A stretch of 64,000 nucleotides of DNA from an uncultured Maribacter sp. (GTDB lineage: Bacteria; Bacteroidota; Bacteroidia; Flavobacteriales; Flavobacteriaceae). The notes under the pieces were generated by a model. That model ran no database searches, was not told the origin of the DNA, and saw nothing but the letters and a program-made list of their open reading frames with translations. The translations under genes and the position numbers were made by a program. The stretch is taken from positions 521,728 through 585,727 of the forward strand of contig NZ_CANMBB010000001.1 of assembly GCF_947495965.1 (NCBI RefSeq), given 5' to 3'. Position 1 is the stretch's first letter, and each line of letters begins with the position of its first letter. Positions 1 to 9,674 of the stretch are shown one piece after another.

Positions 1-363
1 GAAACAAAGGTAGTTACTACAAACAAACCTAATTCTATAAAACTTACAGTAGACAAAAAAATTCTATCTGCAGATGGATACGATGTTTCTCATATTGTTG
101 CTCAATTAATAGACGACAATGGAAACCCTGTAAAAACTGAAAATCGTACAATTAATTTTGAAAGTAAAGGGGAAATAAAGATATTAGGCGTGGACAATGG
201 GGCCATTACAAATGTTCAAGACTTTAATTCCAATACAATTAAAACAGATAATGGTAGATGCTTATTAATTGTTCAATCTATAAAAAATATCCCAGGAGAA
301 GTAACAATAACAGCAAATTCTACTAACCTAAAAAGCGAATCAATATCCATATCAATTAAATAA
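1..363 (+). CDS. 3' fragment of a glycoside hydrolase, probably the Ig-like C-terminal domain of a GH2 beta-galactosidase (gene starts upstream of the window)
   Basis: Frame 1 is open from base 1 to TAA at 361-363. The pattern '...SADGYDVSHIVAQLIDDNGNPV...ILGVDNGAITNVQDF...NGRCLLIVQS...GEVTITANS' resembles the C-terminal domain of Bacteroidota GH2 enzymes as I recall them. Confidence 0.5.
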   Translation, partial: ETKVVTTNKPNSIKLTVDKKILSADGYDVSHIVAQLIDDNGNPVKTENRTINFESKGEIKILGVDNGAITNVQDFNSNTIKTDNGRCLLIVQSIKNIPGEVTITANSTNLKSESISISIK

Positions 364-372
364 TAATTAAAA

Positions 373-1605
373 ATGATTTTAAAAACCAAAATATTTATTT
401 ACCTATCTTCGATTGCATTATTAGCTTCATGTAATTCTAACACTAATATGAACACCAACGAAAAAAATCAAAAGGAAGATTCAGTAGAAATATCTGAAGC
501 CCAGATAGACCATTTAGGCATTACAGATGTAAACCATCTTAGTGCAGCTTCTAAAAGAGCTTTAAAATGGCCTATGGATCTAGGCAATGAATGGTTTATT
601 CAATTTGGCCCTTTAAAGCCTTTAAAAGGAGATTTAGCATATGAAGAAGGTGTGGTGCGTAGAGACCCAAGTGCTATGATTAAAGAAAATGGCAAATACT
701 ACGTATGGTATTCTAAAAGCACAGGCCCTTCCCAAGGTTTCGGTGGCGATATTGAAAAGGAAAAAGTTTTCCCATGGGATCGTTGCGATATTTGGTATGC
801 AACCTCAGAAGATGGCGAAACATGGAAAGAAGAAGGTTTAGCTGTCGCTAGAGGTAAAAAAGGAGAATATGATGACCGATCTGTATTTACAGTAGAAATC
901 ATGAAACACGAAAATAAGTATTACCTATGCTACCAAACGGTAAAATCTCCGTATAATGTAAGGGTAAAAAACCAAATAGGCTTAGCTTGGTCAGATTCTC
1001 CAAACGGTCCTTGGACAAAAAGCAAAGAACCTATTTTAAGTCCTGCTGACAACGGAATTTGGAAAGGAGAAGAGCAGGATAGATTTGCTGTTGAAAAGAA
1101 AGGAGATTTTGATAGTCATAAAGTTCATGATCCATGTATTATTCCATACAAAGGAAAATTCTATCTTTACTACAAAGGGGAACAAATGGGAGAACAAATT
1201 ACATTTGGTGGTAGACAAATTCGTCATGGTGTAGCTATTGCAGATAAACCAGAAGGGCCTTACATTAAATCCCCTTACAATCCAATAAGTAATAGTGGTC
1301 ATGAAATTTGTGTTTGGCCATACAATGATGGGATTGCAGCATTAATTACAACAGATGGTCCAGAAAAAAATACAATACAATGGGCTAAGGATGGTATAAA
1401 TTTTGAAATTATGTCTGTTATACCAGGAGTTAACGCTCATGCGATTGGACTTAATAGAGATGCAGACAATGAAAAAGAACCAACAGAGATATTACGTTGG
1501 GGCTTATCTCATATATACAACAATAGTGACTACCAAAGCATTATGAGTTACACATCTGCAAGGAAAACAAAACACGTAGCCAAAGGGGTTAAAAAGAGTA
1601 AATAA
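373..1605 (+). CDS. ahgA: GH117 alpha-1,3-(3,6-anhydro)-L-galactosidase (neoagaro-oligosaccharide hydrolase), lipoprotein
   Basis: 410-aa ORF with a lipobox (LLASC). It is colinear with remembered AhgA-type GH117 sequences: [88 protein letters not shown]. Confidence 0.85.
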   Translation: MILKTKIFIYLSSIALLASCNSNTNMNTNEKNQKEDSVEISEAQIDHLGITDVNHLSAASKRALKWPMDLGNEWFIQFGPLKPLKGDLAYEEGVVRRDPSAMIKENGKYYVWYSKSTGPSQGFGGDIEKEKVFPWDRCDIWYATSEDGETWKEEGLAVARGKKGEYDDRSVFTVEIMKHENKYYLCYQTVKSPYNVRVKNQIGLAWSDSPNGPWTKSKEPILSPADNGIWKGEEQDRFAVEKKGDFDSHKVHDPCIIPYKGKFYLYYKGEQMGEQITFGGRQIRHGVAIADKPEGPYIKSPYNPISNSGHEICVWPYNDGIAALITTDGPEKNTIQWAKDGINFEIMSVIPGVNAHAIGLNRDADNEKEPTEILRWGLSHIYNNSDYQSIMSYTSARKTKHVAKGVKKSK

Positions 1606-1629
1606 AATTAAAAAACGAATCTTAAAAAA

Positions 1630-1660
1630 GGCGACAATTATAGGATTGTCGCCTTTTTTT
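1630..1660 (+). terminator. Rho-independent terminator after the GH117 gene
   Basis: GGCGACAAT (1630-1638), loop TATAGG, ATTGTCGCC (1645-1653), then T7 (1654-1660). Confidence 0.8.
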
Positions 1661-1697
1661 ATAAATTGCCATATAATAGATTATCACTCAATAGCAC

Positions 1698-2489
1698 ATG
1701 AATAAGCCAAAAGCCGATTTAAAAACAGCCTATAACGTTCCTAATTTAGAAAGAGGCTTATTAGTAATAGAACTACTGGCAACAAAAAAAAGCGGCCTAA
1801 CCCTATCAGAAATAACCGAAACACTATCCTTAACAAAAACAACAGCTTTTAGAGTTATAAGTACGCTAATCTTTAAAAATTACCTTCAAAAAAACGAGAC
1901 AACAAAAAAAATTACACTCTCTAGAAAAATGCTTAGTCTTGGAATATCTTCTATGAATGAACAAAGCATTGTAGAAATGTCTATAGATGTAATGCGAGCA
2001 TTGAGAGATGAATTAAAAGAATCTGTTATGCTGGGTGTTTTATTGGGCACCAAAGGCTCTATTTTAGAACAAGTTGCATCTTCTTACCCAGTAAAACTTT
2101 TTGTAGAACAAGGCACACAATTTAATATTCATAGTTCTGTTGGCGGAAAAAGTATTTTAGCGTTTTTACCAAATGAAGAAACAAACGAAATATTAAAAAA
2201 AATTACGCTAACAGAGTATACAAAAAACACTATTACCTCTAAAAAAGAATTTAGAGAACAACTTAAAGAAATAAAAAAGTTAGGCTACGCCATAGATAAT
2301 GGAGAAGATATACGAGGAATTCACTGTGTAGGCGCGCCCATTTTTAATGAATACGGCCGTCCGGTTGCAGCTTTATGGATTACTGCGCCACATGGTAGAT
2401 TACCCCATGAACAATTTCATGAAAAAGGAGAAATAATTGCAAAATACGCCTTAGAAATTTCTGCGAAACTAGGCTTTCTACAATCCTAG
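1698..2489 (+). CDS. IclR-family transcriptional regulator
   Basis: 263 aa. N-terminal winged HTH (LERGLLVIELLA...GLTLSEITETLSLTKTTAFRVISTL) and a C-terminal IclR effector domain (GYAIDNGEDIRGIHCVGAPIF). Confidence 0.85.
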   Translation: MNKPKADLKTAYNVPNLERGLLVIELLATKKSGLTLSEITETLSLTKTTAFRVISTLIFKNYLQKNETTKKITLSRKMLSLGISSMNEQSIVEMSIDVMRALRDELKESVMLGVLLGTKGSILEQVASSYPVKLFVEQGTQFNIHSSVGGKSILAFLPNEETNEILKKITLTEYTKNTITSKKEFREQLKEIKKLGYAIDNGEDIRGIHCVGAPIFNEYGRPVAALWITAPHGRLPHEQFHEKGEIIAKYALEISAKLGFLQS

Positions 2490-2600
2490 AAAACTTTTTC
2501 GTCATAAAAGCTACTTTAGACTGATTGTCTTTTAGTTACAACTACTACAACTTTAATTATTTACGGCTATATTTTAACAAATAGTATACGATAAAAATTG

Positions 2601-2608
2601 TATATTTG
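2601..2608 (+). promoter_or_regulatory. Bacteroidota-type -7 promoter box (TAnnTTTG) for the operon starting at 2650
   Basis: TATATTTG lies 42 nt upstream of the ATG at 2650 and matches the TAnnTTTG consensus. Confidence 0.4.
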
Positions 2609-2641
2609 TTTCAAATGAGAAACTAGTTTATTATTTGAAAC
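2608..2641. promoter_or_regulatory. 34-bp nested palindrome, candidate operator (IclR?)
   Basis: GTTTCAAAT-GAG-AAACTAGTTT-ATT-ATTTGAAAC. The outer 9-bp arms are perfect (2608-2616 / 2633-2641) and the core AAACTAGTTT (2620-2629) is a perfect palindrome. It sits between the -7 box and the start codon. Confidence 0.5.
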
Positions 2642-2649
2642 CTAAATAA

Positions 2650-3666
2650 ATGAAAGCGACAAGATACGAAGGAAACAAAACCTTTAGTGTAGTAGAAACG
2701 GAAAAAGAAGCTCCAAAAGAAGGAGAAGTACGTATAAAAGTAGCCTATTCAGGAGTATGTGGTACCGATGTACATATTTATCATGGTATGATGGATAAAA
2801 GAGTAGCAATGCCGCAAACTATTGGTCATGAAATGTCTGGAACCATAGATGCAGTAGGCGCTGGTGTATCTGGATTTTCTGAAGGAGACAAAGTGGTAGT
2901 GCGCCCGTTAGATGACACTAAAGTAAAACCATCAGACAAAGGATTTAATCACATCTGTGAAGAATTAAATTTTATAGGAATAGACAGCCCTGGTTCTATG
3001 CAACAATATTGGAATGTTCCTGCTTTTACTTTACACAAATTAAAGGAAAATACAGATTTAAAATTGGCAGCATTAATAGAACCTTTATCTGTAGCAACAC
3101 ATGATGTTCGCTTAAGCGGTTTAGTGTCAGGTGAAACTGCTGTTGTTTTAGGTGGTGGCCCAATTGGCTTATTAGTAGCAATGGTTGCTAAAGAAGTTGG
3201 CGCACAAGTAATTATATCTGAAGTAAACCCAATACGTATTGCAAAAGCTAAAGAATTAGGCTTTGATGCAGTTAGCCCTATAGAGGTTGATTTAGTGGAA
3301 TATGTTCACGGAAAAACAGAAGGTAGAAAAGCTGATGTTGTTTTTGAAGTTGCAGGTGTACAACCAGCACTTGACGTAATGACAGAAGTTGCAGGTATAA
3401 GAGGGCGCATTTTAATGGTAGCTATTCACGGAGAAAAGAAGCCAATAGATCTTTTTAAATTCTTTTGGAAAGAATTAAAATTAATAGGTGCTCGTGTATA
3501 TGAGAAAGAAGATTATGAAAAATCTATTGCATTAATTACAGCAAATGAGTTGCCGTTTGAAGAAATGATTACAGATGTACAACCATTATCTAACATTCAA
3601 CAAGTTTTTGAAAATATAGATAAAAATCCTGATGGATTAAAAGTCTTAATGGATTGTCAATTATAA
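2650..3666 (+). CDS. Zn-dependent medium-chain alcohol dehydrogenase; candidate 2-keto-3-deoxy-L-galactonate 5-dehydrogenase
   Basis: 338 aa. Motifs GVCGTDVH, GHEMSG (catalytic Zn) and Rossmann GGGPIG. The specific role is inferred from operon context. Confidence 0.8.
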   Translation: MKATRYEGNKTFSVVETEKEAPKEGEVRIKVAYSGVCGTDVHIYHGMMDKRVAMPQTIGHEMSGTIDAVGAGVSGFSEGDKVVVRPLDDTKVKPSDKGFNHICEELNFIGIDSPGSMQQYWNVPAFTLHKLKENTDLKLAALIEPLSVATHDVRLSGLVSGETAVVLGGGPIGLLVAMVAKEVGAQVIISEVNPIRIAKAKELGFDAVSPIEVDLVEYVHGKTEGRKADVVFEVAGVQPALDVMTEVAGIRGRILMVAIHGEKKPIDLFKFFWKELKLIGARVYEKEDYEKSIALITANELPFEEMITDVQPLSNIQQVFENIDKNPDGLKVLMDCQL

Positions 3667-3718
3667 AATAACAAACAAGCCAATTGCTTAAAGTAAAAGG
3701 CAAATAGCATCATAAGAA

Positions 3719-4489
3719 ATGAGTATTTTAAATAGTTTTAGTCTAGAAGGTAAAGTAGCCATTGTAACTGGTTGCAAAAGAGGAATAGGAAAAGGAATGG
3801 CAATAGCTCTAGCAGAAGCTGGAGCAGATATTATTGGTGTTTCCGCAACCTTAGAATTACAAGGTAGTTCTATTGAAAAAGAAGTTGTTGCTAGGGGCAA
3901 AAAATTTACAGCATACCAATGCGATTTTTCAGATAGAAAATCACTTTACGCTTTTATAAAAGAAGTAAAGGCAAATCATTCTCAAATAGATATTTTAATA
4001 AATAACGCAGGAACTATTCTTAGAACTCCGGCTGCAGAACACCCAGATGATATGTGGGACAAGGTTATTGAAGTAAACCAAAATGCACAATTTATTTTAA
4101 CTAGAGAAATAGGTAAAGACATGATTGCTCGCGGTTCAGGAAAAATAGTATTTACAGCGTCTCTACTAACCTATCAAGGTGGTATCACTGTGCCAGGTTA
4201 TGCAGCTAGTAAAGGAGCCATTGGGCAAATGATTATGGCTTTTGCTAACGAATGGGCTGGTAAAGGAGTAAATGTAAATGGTATAGCTCCAGGCTATATA
4301 GCAACAGACAATACAGAAGCATTACGTAATAACCCAGAAAGAGCAGATTCTATTCTAGCTCGTATCCCTGCAGGTCGTTGGGGAGAACCAGCAGATTTTG
4401 CTGGTCCAGTTGTATTCCTAAGCTCTAAAGCTTCAGACTACATGCACGGTTCTATTACGCTAGTAGATGGCGGTTGGATGGGTAGATAA
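3719..4489 (+). CDS. kduD: KduD-type short-chain dehydrogenase (2-dehydro-3-deoxy-D-gluconate 5-dehydrogenase / 2,5-diketo-3-deoxy-L-galactonate 5-reductase)
   Basis: 256 aa, colinear with remembered E. coli KduD: FSLEGKVAIVTGCKRGIGKGMA, NNAG, YAASKGA, NVNGIAPGY, RIPAGRWG, VDGGWMGR. Confidence 0.8.
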   Translation: MSILNSFSLEGKVAIVTGCKRGIGKGMAIALAEAGADIIGVSATLELQGSSIEKEVVARGKKFTAYQCDFSDRKSLYAFIKEVKANHSQIDILINNAGTILRTPAAEHPDDMWDKVIEVNQNAQFILTREIGKDMIARGSGKIVFTASLLTYQGGITVPGYAASKGAIGQMIMAFANEWAGKGVNVNGIAPGYIATDNTEALRNNPERADSILARIPAGRWGEPADFAGPVVFLSSKASDYMHGSITLVDGGWMGR

Positions 4490-4526
4490 GTAAACTCTCA
4501 ACTATTATTCACATTATCAAACTAAG

Positions 4527-5957
4527 ATGAAAACAAAAAAACAAGAAATAAAGTCTATTTGGAAACAAATAATTGTTTTCATAGGCTTATTTTTTATTAG
4601 CTTTTCTTCCACTATTTATGGTCAAGAACAGCCTAATATTGTTTTCATCTTGTCTGATGATGCTGGTTATGCAGATTTTGGATTTCAAGGGAGTAAAGAC
4701 TTTAAAACTCCTAATTTAGATACCTTAGCTAAAAGTGGTGTTAAATTTACACAAGCATATGTTTCTGCTGCAGTATGCGGACCATCAAGAGCTGGGCTTT
4801 TAACTGGAAAGTACCAACAAAAATTTGGTTACGAAGAAAATAACGTGCCAGGTATAATGAGTCCTTCAGGTCTACAAGGCGATGAAATGGGATTACCATT
4901 AAATCAAAAAACGATAGCAGATTATCTTCATAAATTAGGATACAAAACAGCTGTTTTTGGAAAATGGCACATGGGAAATACAGACCGTTTTCACCCAACA
5001 AAAAGAGGTTTCGATGAGTTTTATGGCTTTAGAGGTGGTGCTCGTAGTTATTACGAAATTACAAAAGACAGCAAAAAACAAAGAAAAGAAGACCGATTAG
5101 AAAGAGGTTTTGAAGAGTTCAAAGAAAGTGAATTGTATTTAACAGATGCTTTGGCAAAAGAAACAATGAACTTCATGGAACGTAATAAAGATAATCCGTT
5201 TTTCGTGTATTTATCTTTTAATGCTGTGCACACTCCTATGGAGGCCAGAGAAGACGATTTAAAAAAAATACCCCCTCACTTAACAGGAAAACGAAGAACA
5301 CTTGCAGCTATGACAATAGGTTTAGATCGAGCATGCGGACAAGTACTTCAAAAAATAAAAGATTTAGGCATAGAAAAAAACACGCTAATTGTTTTTGGAA
5401 ATGACAATGGCGGCCCGTCAGATTCAAATGAATCTAATAACCATCCATTAAGTGGAACAAAAGCTAACCACCTAGAAGGTGGAATTAGAATTCCCTTTTT
5501 AATGTCGTGGAAAGGAAAATTAAAAAAAGGAACAACCTATAATAACCCAATCTCTACTCTAGACTTATTGCCAACTTTTGTTTCTGTAGCAGGCGGTGAT
5601 GTTAGTGCTATTAAAGATTTAGATGGCGTTAATTTATTACCGTACTTAGAAAAAGGTAATGAAGAAAAGCCCCATGAAACTTTATATTGGAAAAAAGAAA
5701 ATAGAGGCGCTATACGTCATGGAGATTATAAGTTAATTAGATTTCCTGACAGACCTGCAGAATTATACAATATTGAGCAAGACATCTCAGAAGTAAACGA
5801 TTTAGCTTCTCAAAATCCAGAAAAAGTAAAAGAGATGTATAAGATGTTATTTCAATGGGAACTAACATTAGAAAGACCTCTTTGGCAACTCGAAAGAAAA
5901 TTTGAAGGTAAGGCTGCTACGAGAATGGACAATTTCAGAAAAGAAAAAATAAAATAA
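4527..5957 (+). CDS. S1-family (formylglycine-dependent) sulfatase, secreted
   Basis: 476 aa with a signal peptide. Motifs NIVFILSDD, active-site [11 protein letters not shown] and GKWH. Confidence 0.85.
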   Translation: MKTKKQEIKSIWKQIIVFIGLFFISFSSTIYGQEQPNIVFILSDDAGYADFGFQGSKDFKTPNLDTLAKSGVKFTQAYVSAAVCGPSRAGLLTGKYQQKFGYEENNVPGIMSPSGLQGDEMGLPLNQKTIADYLHKLGYKTAVFGKWHMGNTDRFHPTKRGFDEFYGFRGGARSYYEITKDSKKQRKEDRLERGFEEFKESELYLTDALAKETMNFMERNKDNPFFVYLSFNAVHTPMEAREDDLKKIPPHLTGKRRTLAAMTIGLDRACGQVLQKIKDLGIEKNTLIVFGNDNGGPSDSNESNNHPLSGTKANHLEGGIRIPFLMSWKGKLKKGTTYNNPISTLDLLPTFVSVAGGDVSAIKDLDGVNLLPYLEKGNEEKPHETLYWKKENRGAIRHGDYKLIRFPDRPAELYNIEQDISEVNDLASQNPEKVKEMYKMLFQWELTLERPLWQLERKFEGKAATRMDNFRKEKIK

Positions 5958-5968
5958 AAACTATCAAA

Positions 5969-7423
5969 ATGTCAGAAATTAAAGAGTACAAATTATTCAT
6001 CAATGGAGAGTGGGTAAAATCTACCTCTGGAGAAACTATTGATATTATTAGCCCTTCTACAGAAGAAGTAGTGGCGAGAGTTCAAAACGGTACTGCAGAA
6101 GAAGCATTACAAACATTAGAAGCTGCTGATAAAGCTCAGAAAGAATGGAAAAAGTTACCTGCAAGAACCCGTGCAGAGTTGTTGTATAAGTTAGCAGATG
6201 AAATAGATGCTAACAACGAGGAGCTTGCTCAATTATTAGTAAAAGAACAAGGAAAACTTTTAAAAGTAGCTCGTTTTGAAGTAGCTGTAGGTGCATCTTT
6301 TATAAGATATGCATGTGAAGGAGCAAGAAGAATTGAGGGAGATATTATTCCTTCAGATAATCCTAATGAACAAATATGGATTCAGAAAGTACCAAGAGGG
6401 GTTGTTGTTGCAATTACAGCTTGGAACTTCCCATTTGCTCTAGCTGGTCGTAAATTAGGACCTGCTTTAGTTGCTGGTAACTCTATTGTAATTAAACCAA
6501 CATCTGAAACTCCTTTAGCAACTTTAGAGTTAGGTAATTTGGCTAACAAAGTTGGTATTCCTGCTGGGGTAATAAACATTTTAACAGGCCCTGGTAGAGC
6601 TATGGGGAACGCGTTAGTTGAAAGCCCTATTTGTAAAATGGTTACTATGACAGGTTCTACTCCTGTAGGACAACAAATTGCTCGTAATGCTGCTCAAAAT
6701 CTAACACACGTACAATTAGAATTAGGCGGTAAAGCTCCATTTATTGTTTTTGAAGACGCTGATATTGATGCTGCAGTAGATGCAGCCCTGCACTCTCGTT
6801 TTGATAACTGTGGACAAGTTTGTACATGCAACGAACGTATGTATATTCACGAAGGTATTTATGATACTTTCATGAAAAAATTCCTTGCTAAAGTAGCCGA
6901 AATAAAAGTTGGAGACCCAATGTTAGAAGAAACAGATATGGGACCTAAAGTAAACGGTTCAGAACTAAAACACATGGAGCACTTAGTAGAAGTTTCTGTA
7001 AAAGAAGGAGCTACAATTGCTGCAGGTGGTAAACGCCCTGAAGGAGCTGGTTTCGAAAAAGGATTCTGGTTTGAGCCTACAGTGCTTACCAATGTAACAC
7101 AAGAAATGACTATTGTTCATGAAGAATCTTTTGGCCCAATATTACCAGTGCTAAAATTCAAAACTTTTGAAGAGGTTATTGGGTATGCTAATGATTGTGA
7201 GTATGGTTTAGCTGCAATGGTATTTACAAATGACATGAATACTATCATGAAATGTAATGACGAACTAGAATACGGAGAAATCTATGTAAATAGAGGTCAT
7301 GGAGAGCAACACCAAGGTTTCCATAATGGCTATAAACTTTCTGGTTCTGGTGGGGAAGATGGTAAATATGGTTTTGAACAATACATGGAGAAGAAAACTT
7401 TTTACGTAAGACATAAAGCATAA
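5969..7423 (+). CDS. NAD(P)-dependent aldehyde dehydrogenase (AldA-like); candidate 3,6-anhydro-L-galactose dehydrogenase
   Basis: 484 aa. Motifs WNFP, ELGGKAP, catalytic Cys in QVCTCNERMY, and EESFGP. Substrate is inferred from context. Confidence 0.8.
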   Translation: MSEIKEYKLFINGEWVKSTSGETIDIISPSTEEVVARVQNGTAEEALQTLEAADKAQKEWKKLPARTRAELLYKLADEIDANNEELAQLLVKEQGKLLKVARFEVAVGASFIRYACEGARRIEGDIIPSDNPNEQIWIQKVPRGVVVAITAWNFPFALAGRKLGPALVAGNSIVIKPTSETPLATLELGNLANKVGIPAGVINILTGPGRAMGNALVESPICKMVTMTGSTPVGQQIARNAAQNLTHVQLELGGKAPFIVFEDADIDAAVDAALHSRFDNCGQVCTCNERMYIHEGIYDTFMKKFLAKVAEIKVGDPMLEETDMGPKVNGSELKHMEHLVEVSVKEGATIAAGGKRPEGAGFEKGFWFEPTVLTNVTQEMTIVHEESFGPILPVLKFKTFEEVIGYANDCEYGLAAMVFTNDMNTIMKCNDELEYGEIYVNRGHGEQHQGFHNGYKLSGSGGEDGKYGFEQYMEKKTFYVRHKA

Positions 7424-7429
7424 TACAAT

Positions 7430-7468
7430 TTAAAGGCAGTTTGTAATTGTAATACAAACTGCCTTTAA
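7430..7468 (+). other. Strong intercistronic stem-loop (16-bp stem, 7-nt loop) without a clean U-tract
   Basis: TTAAAGGCAGTTTGTA (7430-7445), loop ATTGTAA, TACAAACTGCCTTTAA (7453-7468). Lies between the ALDH stop and the next ATG at 7487. Confidence 0.6.
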
Positions 7469-7486
7469 TTAATATATTTAGAGAAG

Positions 7487-8581
7487 ATGAGCACAAAAAT
7501 TTCGAACATAAAAACACGCTTATTTACAGTTCCATTACCTGAGGTAATGTCTGATGCTAAACACGGTGACCACTACCATTTTGAGTTAGTTACCGTTACA
7601 ATTACTTTAGAAGACGGTAGTGAAGGTACTGGATACACCTATACTGGTGGTAAAGGAGGCTTCTCTATAAAAGCAATGGTAGAGCATGATTTTAGGGATG
7701 CTTTAATAAGTAAAGATGGAACAGATATTGAGGGTATTTATGACTTCCTAGAATGGCACGTACACTATGTAGGCCGTGGTGGTATTGCTTCTTTTGCAAT
7801 CTCTGCAGTAGACATTGCCCTTTGGGATATTCGCTGTAAAAAATTAGGGCAACCATTATGGAAAGTTGCAGGAGGCACAGATAACACTTGTAAAGCTTAC
7901 TGTGGGGGGATAGATTTAATGTTTCCAATAGAAAAGCTTTTAAATAACATGAAAGGTTATCTAGAAAGTGGATTTAATGCCGTAAAAATAAAAATAGGAA
8001 GAGAAAACCTAGAGGAAGATTTAGAGCGTATAAAGGCAGTTAGAGAGTACATTGGCCCAGATGTTACTTTTATGGTAGATGCTAATTATTCAATGACTGT
8101 AGAAAAAGCCATTAAAGCCATAGAAGGTTTTAAAGAATATAACATTACATGGTTTGAAGAGCCTATAATTCCTGATAACTACAAAGGTTTTGGAGAAATA
8201 GTAGAGAAAACAGGTTTTCCACTAGCTATGGGAGAAAATCTACACACTATTCATGAATTTGAATATGCAATGGAGCAATCCAAGTTATCTTTTATACAAC
8301 CAGACGCCTCAAATTGTGGTGGAGTTACAGGATGGTTAGCTGCTGCAAGATTAGCTGATAAACATAACATACCAGCTTGTTCTCATGGTATGCAAGAACT
8401 ACACGTAAGTTTAGTGTCTTCACAACCAAACTCTGGTTGGTTAGAAGTGCATAGTTTCCCTATTGATCAATATACAACCAGACCATTAGTAGTAGAAAAT
8501 CATAGAGCAGTTGCTCCAGATTATCCTGGTACAGGTGTAATTTTTAATTGGGATAAATTAAGTCCTTTTGAAGAAAAATAA
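7487..8581 (+). CDS. Enolase-superfamily (mandelate racemase/muconate lactonizing) enzyme; candidate 3,6-anhydro-L-galactonate cycloisomerase
   Basis: 364 aa. Motifs AVKIKIG, and metal-ligand contexts [21 protein letters not shown]. Confidence 0.75.
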   Translation: MSTKISNIKTRLFTVPLPEVMSDAKHGDHYHFELVTVTITLEDGSEGTGYTYTGGKGGFSIKAMVEHDFRDALISKDGTDIEGIYDFLEWHVHYVGRGGIASFAISAVDIALWDIRCKKLGQPLWKVAGGTDNTCKAYCGGIDLMFPIEKLLNNMKGYLESGFNAVKIKIGRENLEEDLERIKAVREYIGPDVTFMVDANYSMTVEKAIKAIEGFKEYNITWFEEPIIPDNYKGFGEIVEKTGFPLAMGENLHTIHEFEYAMEQSKLSFIQPDASNCGGVTGWLAAARLADKHNIPACSHGMQELHVSLVSSQPNSGWLEVHSFPIDQYTTRPLVVENHRAVAPDYPGTGVIFNWDKLSPFEEK

Positions 8582-8605
8582 AATCTATAATTAAACAACA
8601 ATCCT

Positions 8606-9643
8606 ATGAGTATTAAAAAAACAGAATTTGGTGTTCTCAATTCTAACAAAATAGATTTATTTACTATAACAAATAGTAACGGAGTTGAAGTGCAAATTAC
8701 AAATTATGGCGCTACAATAACCACTATAAAAGTACCAAATTCTAAAGGTATTATAGAAAATATTGCTTGTGGTTTTGATACTCTAGATGGTTATTTTGAA
8801 AAAACTTATGTAGAAAACTCTCCTTATTTTGGAGGAACTATTGGCAGATATTGTTCTCAAATAAAAGACTCCAAGTTTAGTATTAACGATAAAGAATATA
8901 CTTTAAATAAAAACTGTGGAGAAAACAATCTTCACGGCGGCGTAACTGGTTTTGACAAAAAAATATGGAAAGCAGAACAAACTAATGATAGTGTCCTAAA
9001 AATGACACTTTACAGTAAAGATCTAGAGGAAGGTTTCCCTGGAAATGTAGCGGTTTCTGTAACATTTACATTAACAGAAGAAAACGCTTTAAGAATAGAT
9101 TATTCTGCAACACCAGACCAAGACACTCCTTTATCCCTAACAAACCATACCTATTTTAATTTAGATGCTTTTTCTAATACTATTGAAAATCATATAGCGC
9201 AAGTAAACACCCACAAAAAACAAGTAATGGATAATACTGGCGCAGGTACTGGTGAAATTGAAGATGTTACTAATAAAGCCGATGACTTAACAAAAGGCAA
9301 AAAAATTGGAGATGTTCACGAAGCCATGAATGATGGTTTTGAGCATTTTTATGTTTTTGATAATCCAAATTTTGATTTACAAGAAGTTGCTACTATTAAA
9401 TCTAAAACTTCAGGAAGGTCATTAACTGTATTAAGTTCCGAACCATGTATGTTACTTTATACTGGAAAATATACATCCGATGAAATAAAGAGAGAAAACG
9501 GAGAACAATATGGTAAATACAGAGGTTTTTGTTGCGAAACGCATCGTTACCAAAATGGTCCGAATATAGAAAACTCACCTGGAACTATTACCAAAGCTGG
9601 AGAAGAATTTAAAAGTACTACCATTTTCAAATTTGGATGGTAA
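8606..9643 (+). CDS. galM: Aldose 1-epimerase (galactose mutarotase family), cytoplasmic
   Basis: 345 aa. Motifs NYGATI, NNLHGG, GFPGN, LTNHTYFNL, ETHRYQN. Confidence 0.75.
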   Translation: MSIKKTEFGVLNSNKIDLFTITNSNGVEVQITNYGATITTIKVPNSKGIIENIACGFDTLDGYFEKTYVENSPYFGGTIGRYCSQIKDSKFSINDKEYTLNKNCGENNLHGGVTGFDKKIWKAEQTNDSVLKMTLYSKDLEEGFPGNVAVSVTFTLTEENALRIDYSATPDQDTPLSLTNHTYFNLDAFSNTIENHIAQVNTHKKQVMDNTGAGTGEIEDVTNKADDLTKGKKIGDVHEAMNDGFEHFYVFDNPNFDLQEVATIKSKTSGRSLTVLSSEPCMLLYTGKYTSDEIKRENGEQYGKYRGFCCETHRYQNGPNIENSPGTITKAGEEFKSTTIFKFGW

Positions 9644-9674
9644 TAAACCAATTAATAACTAAAACTAAATAATT

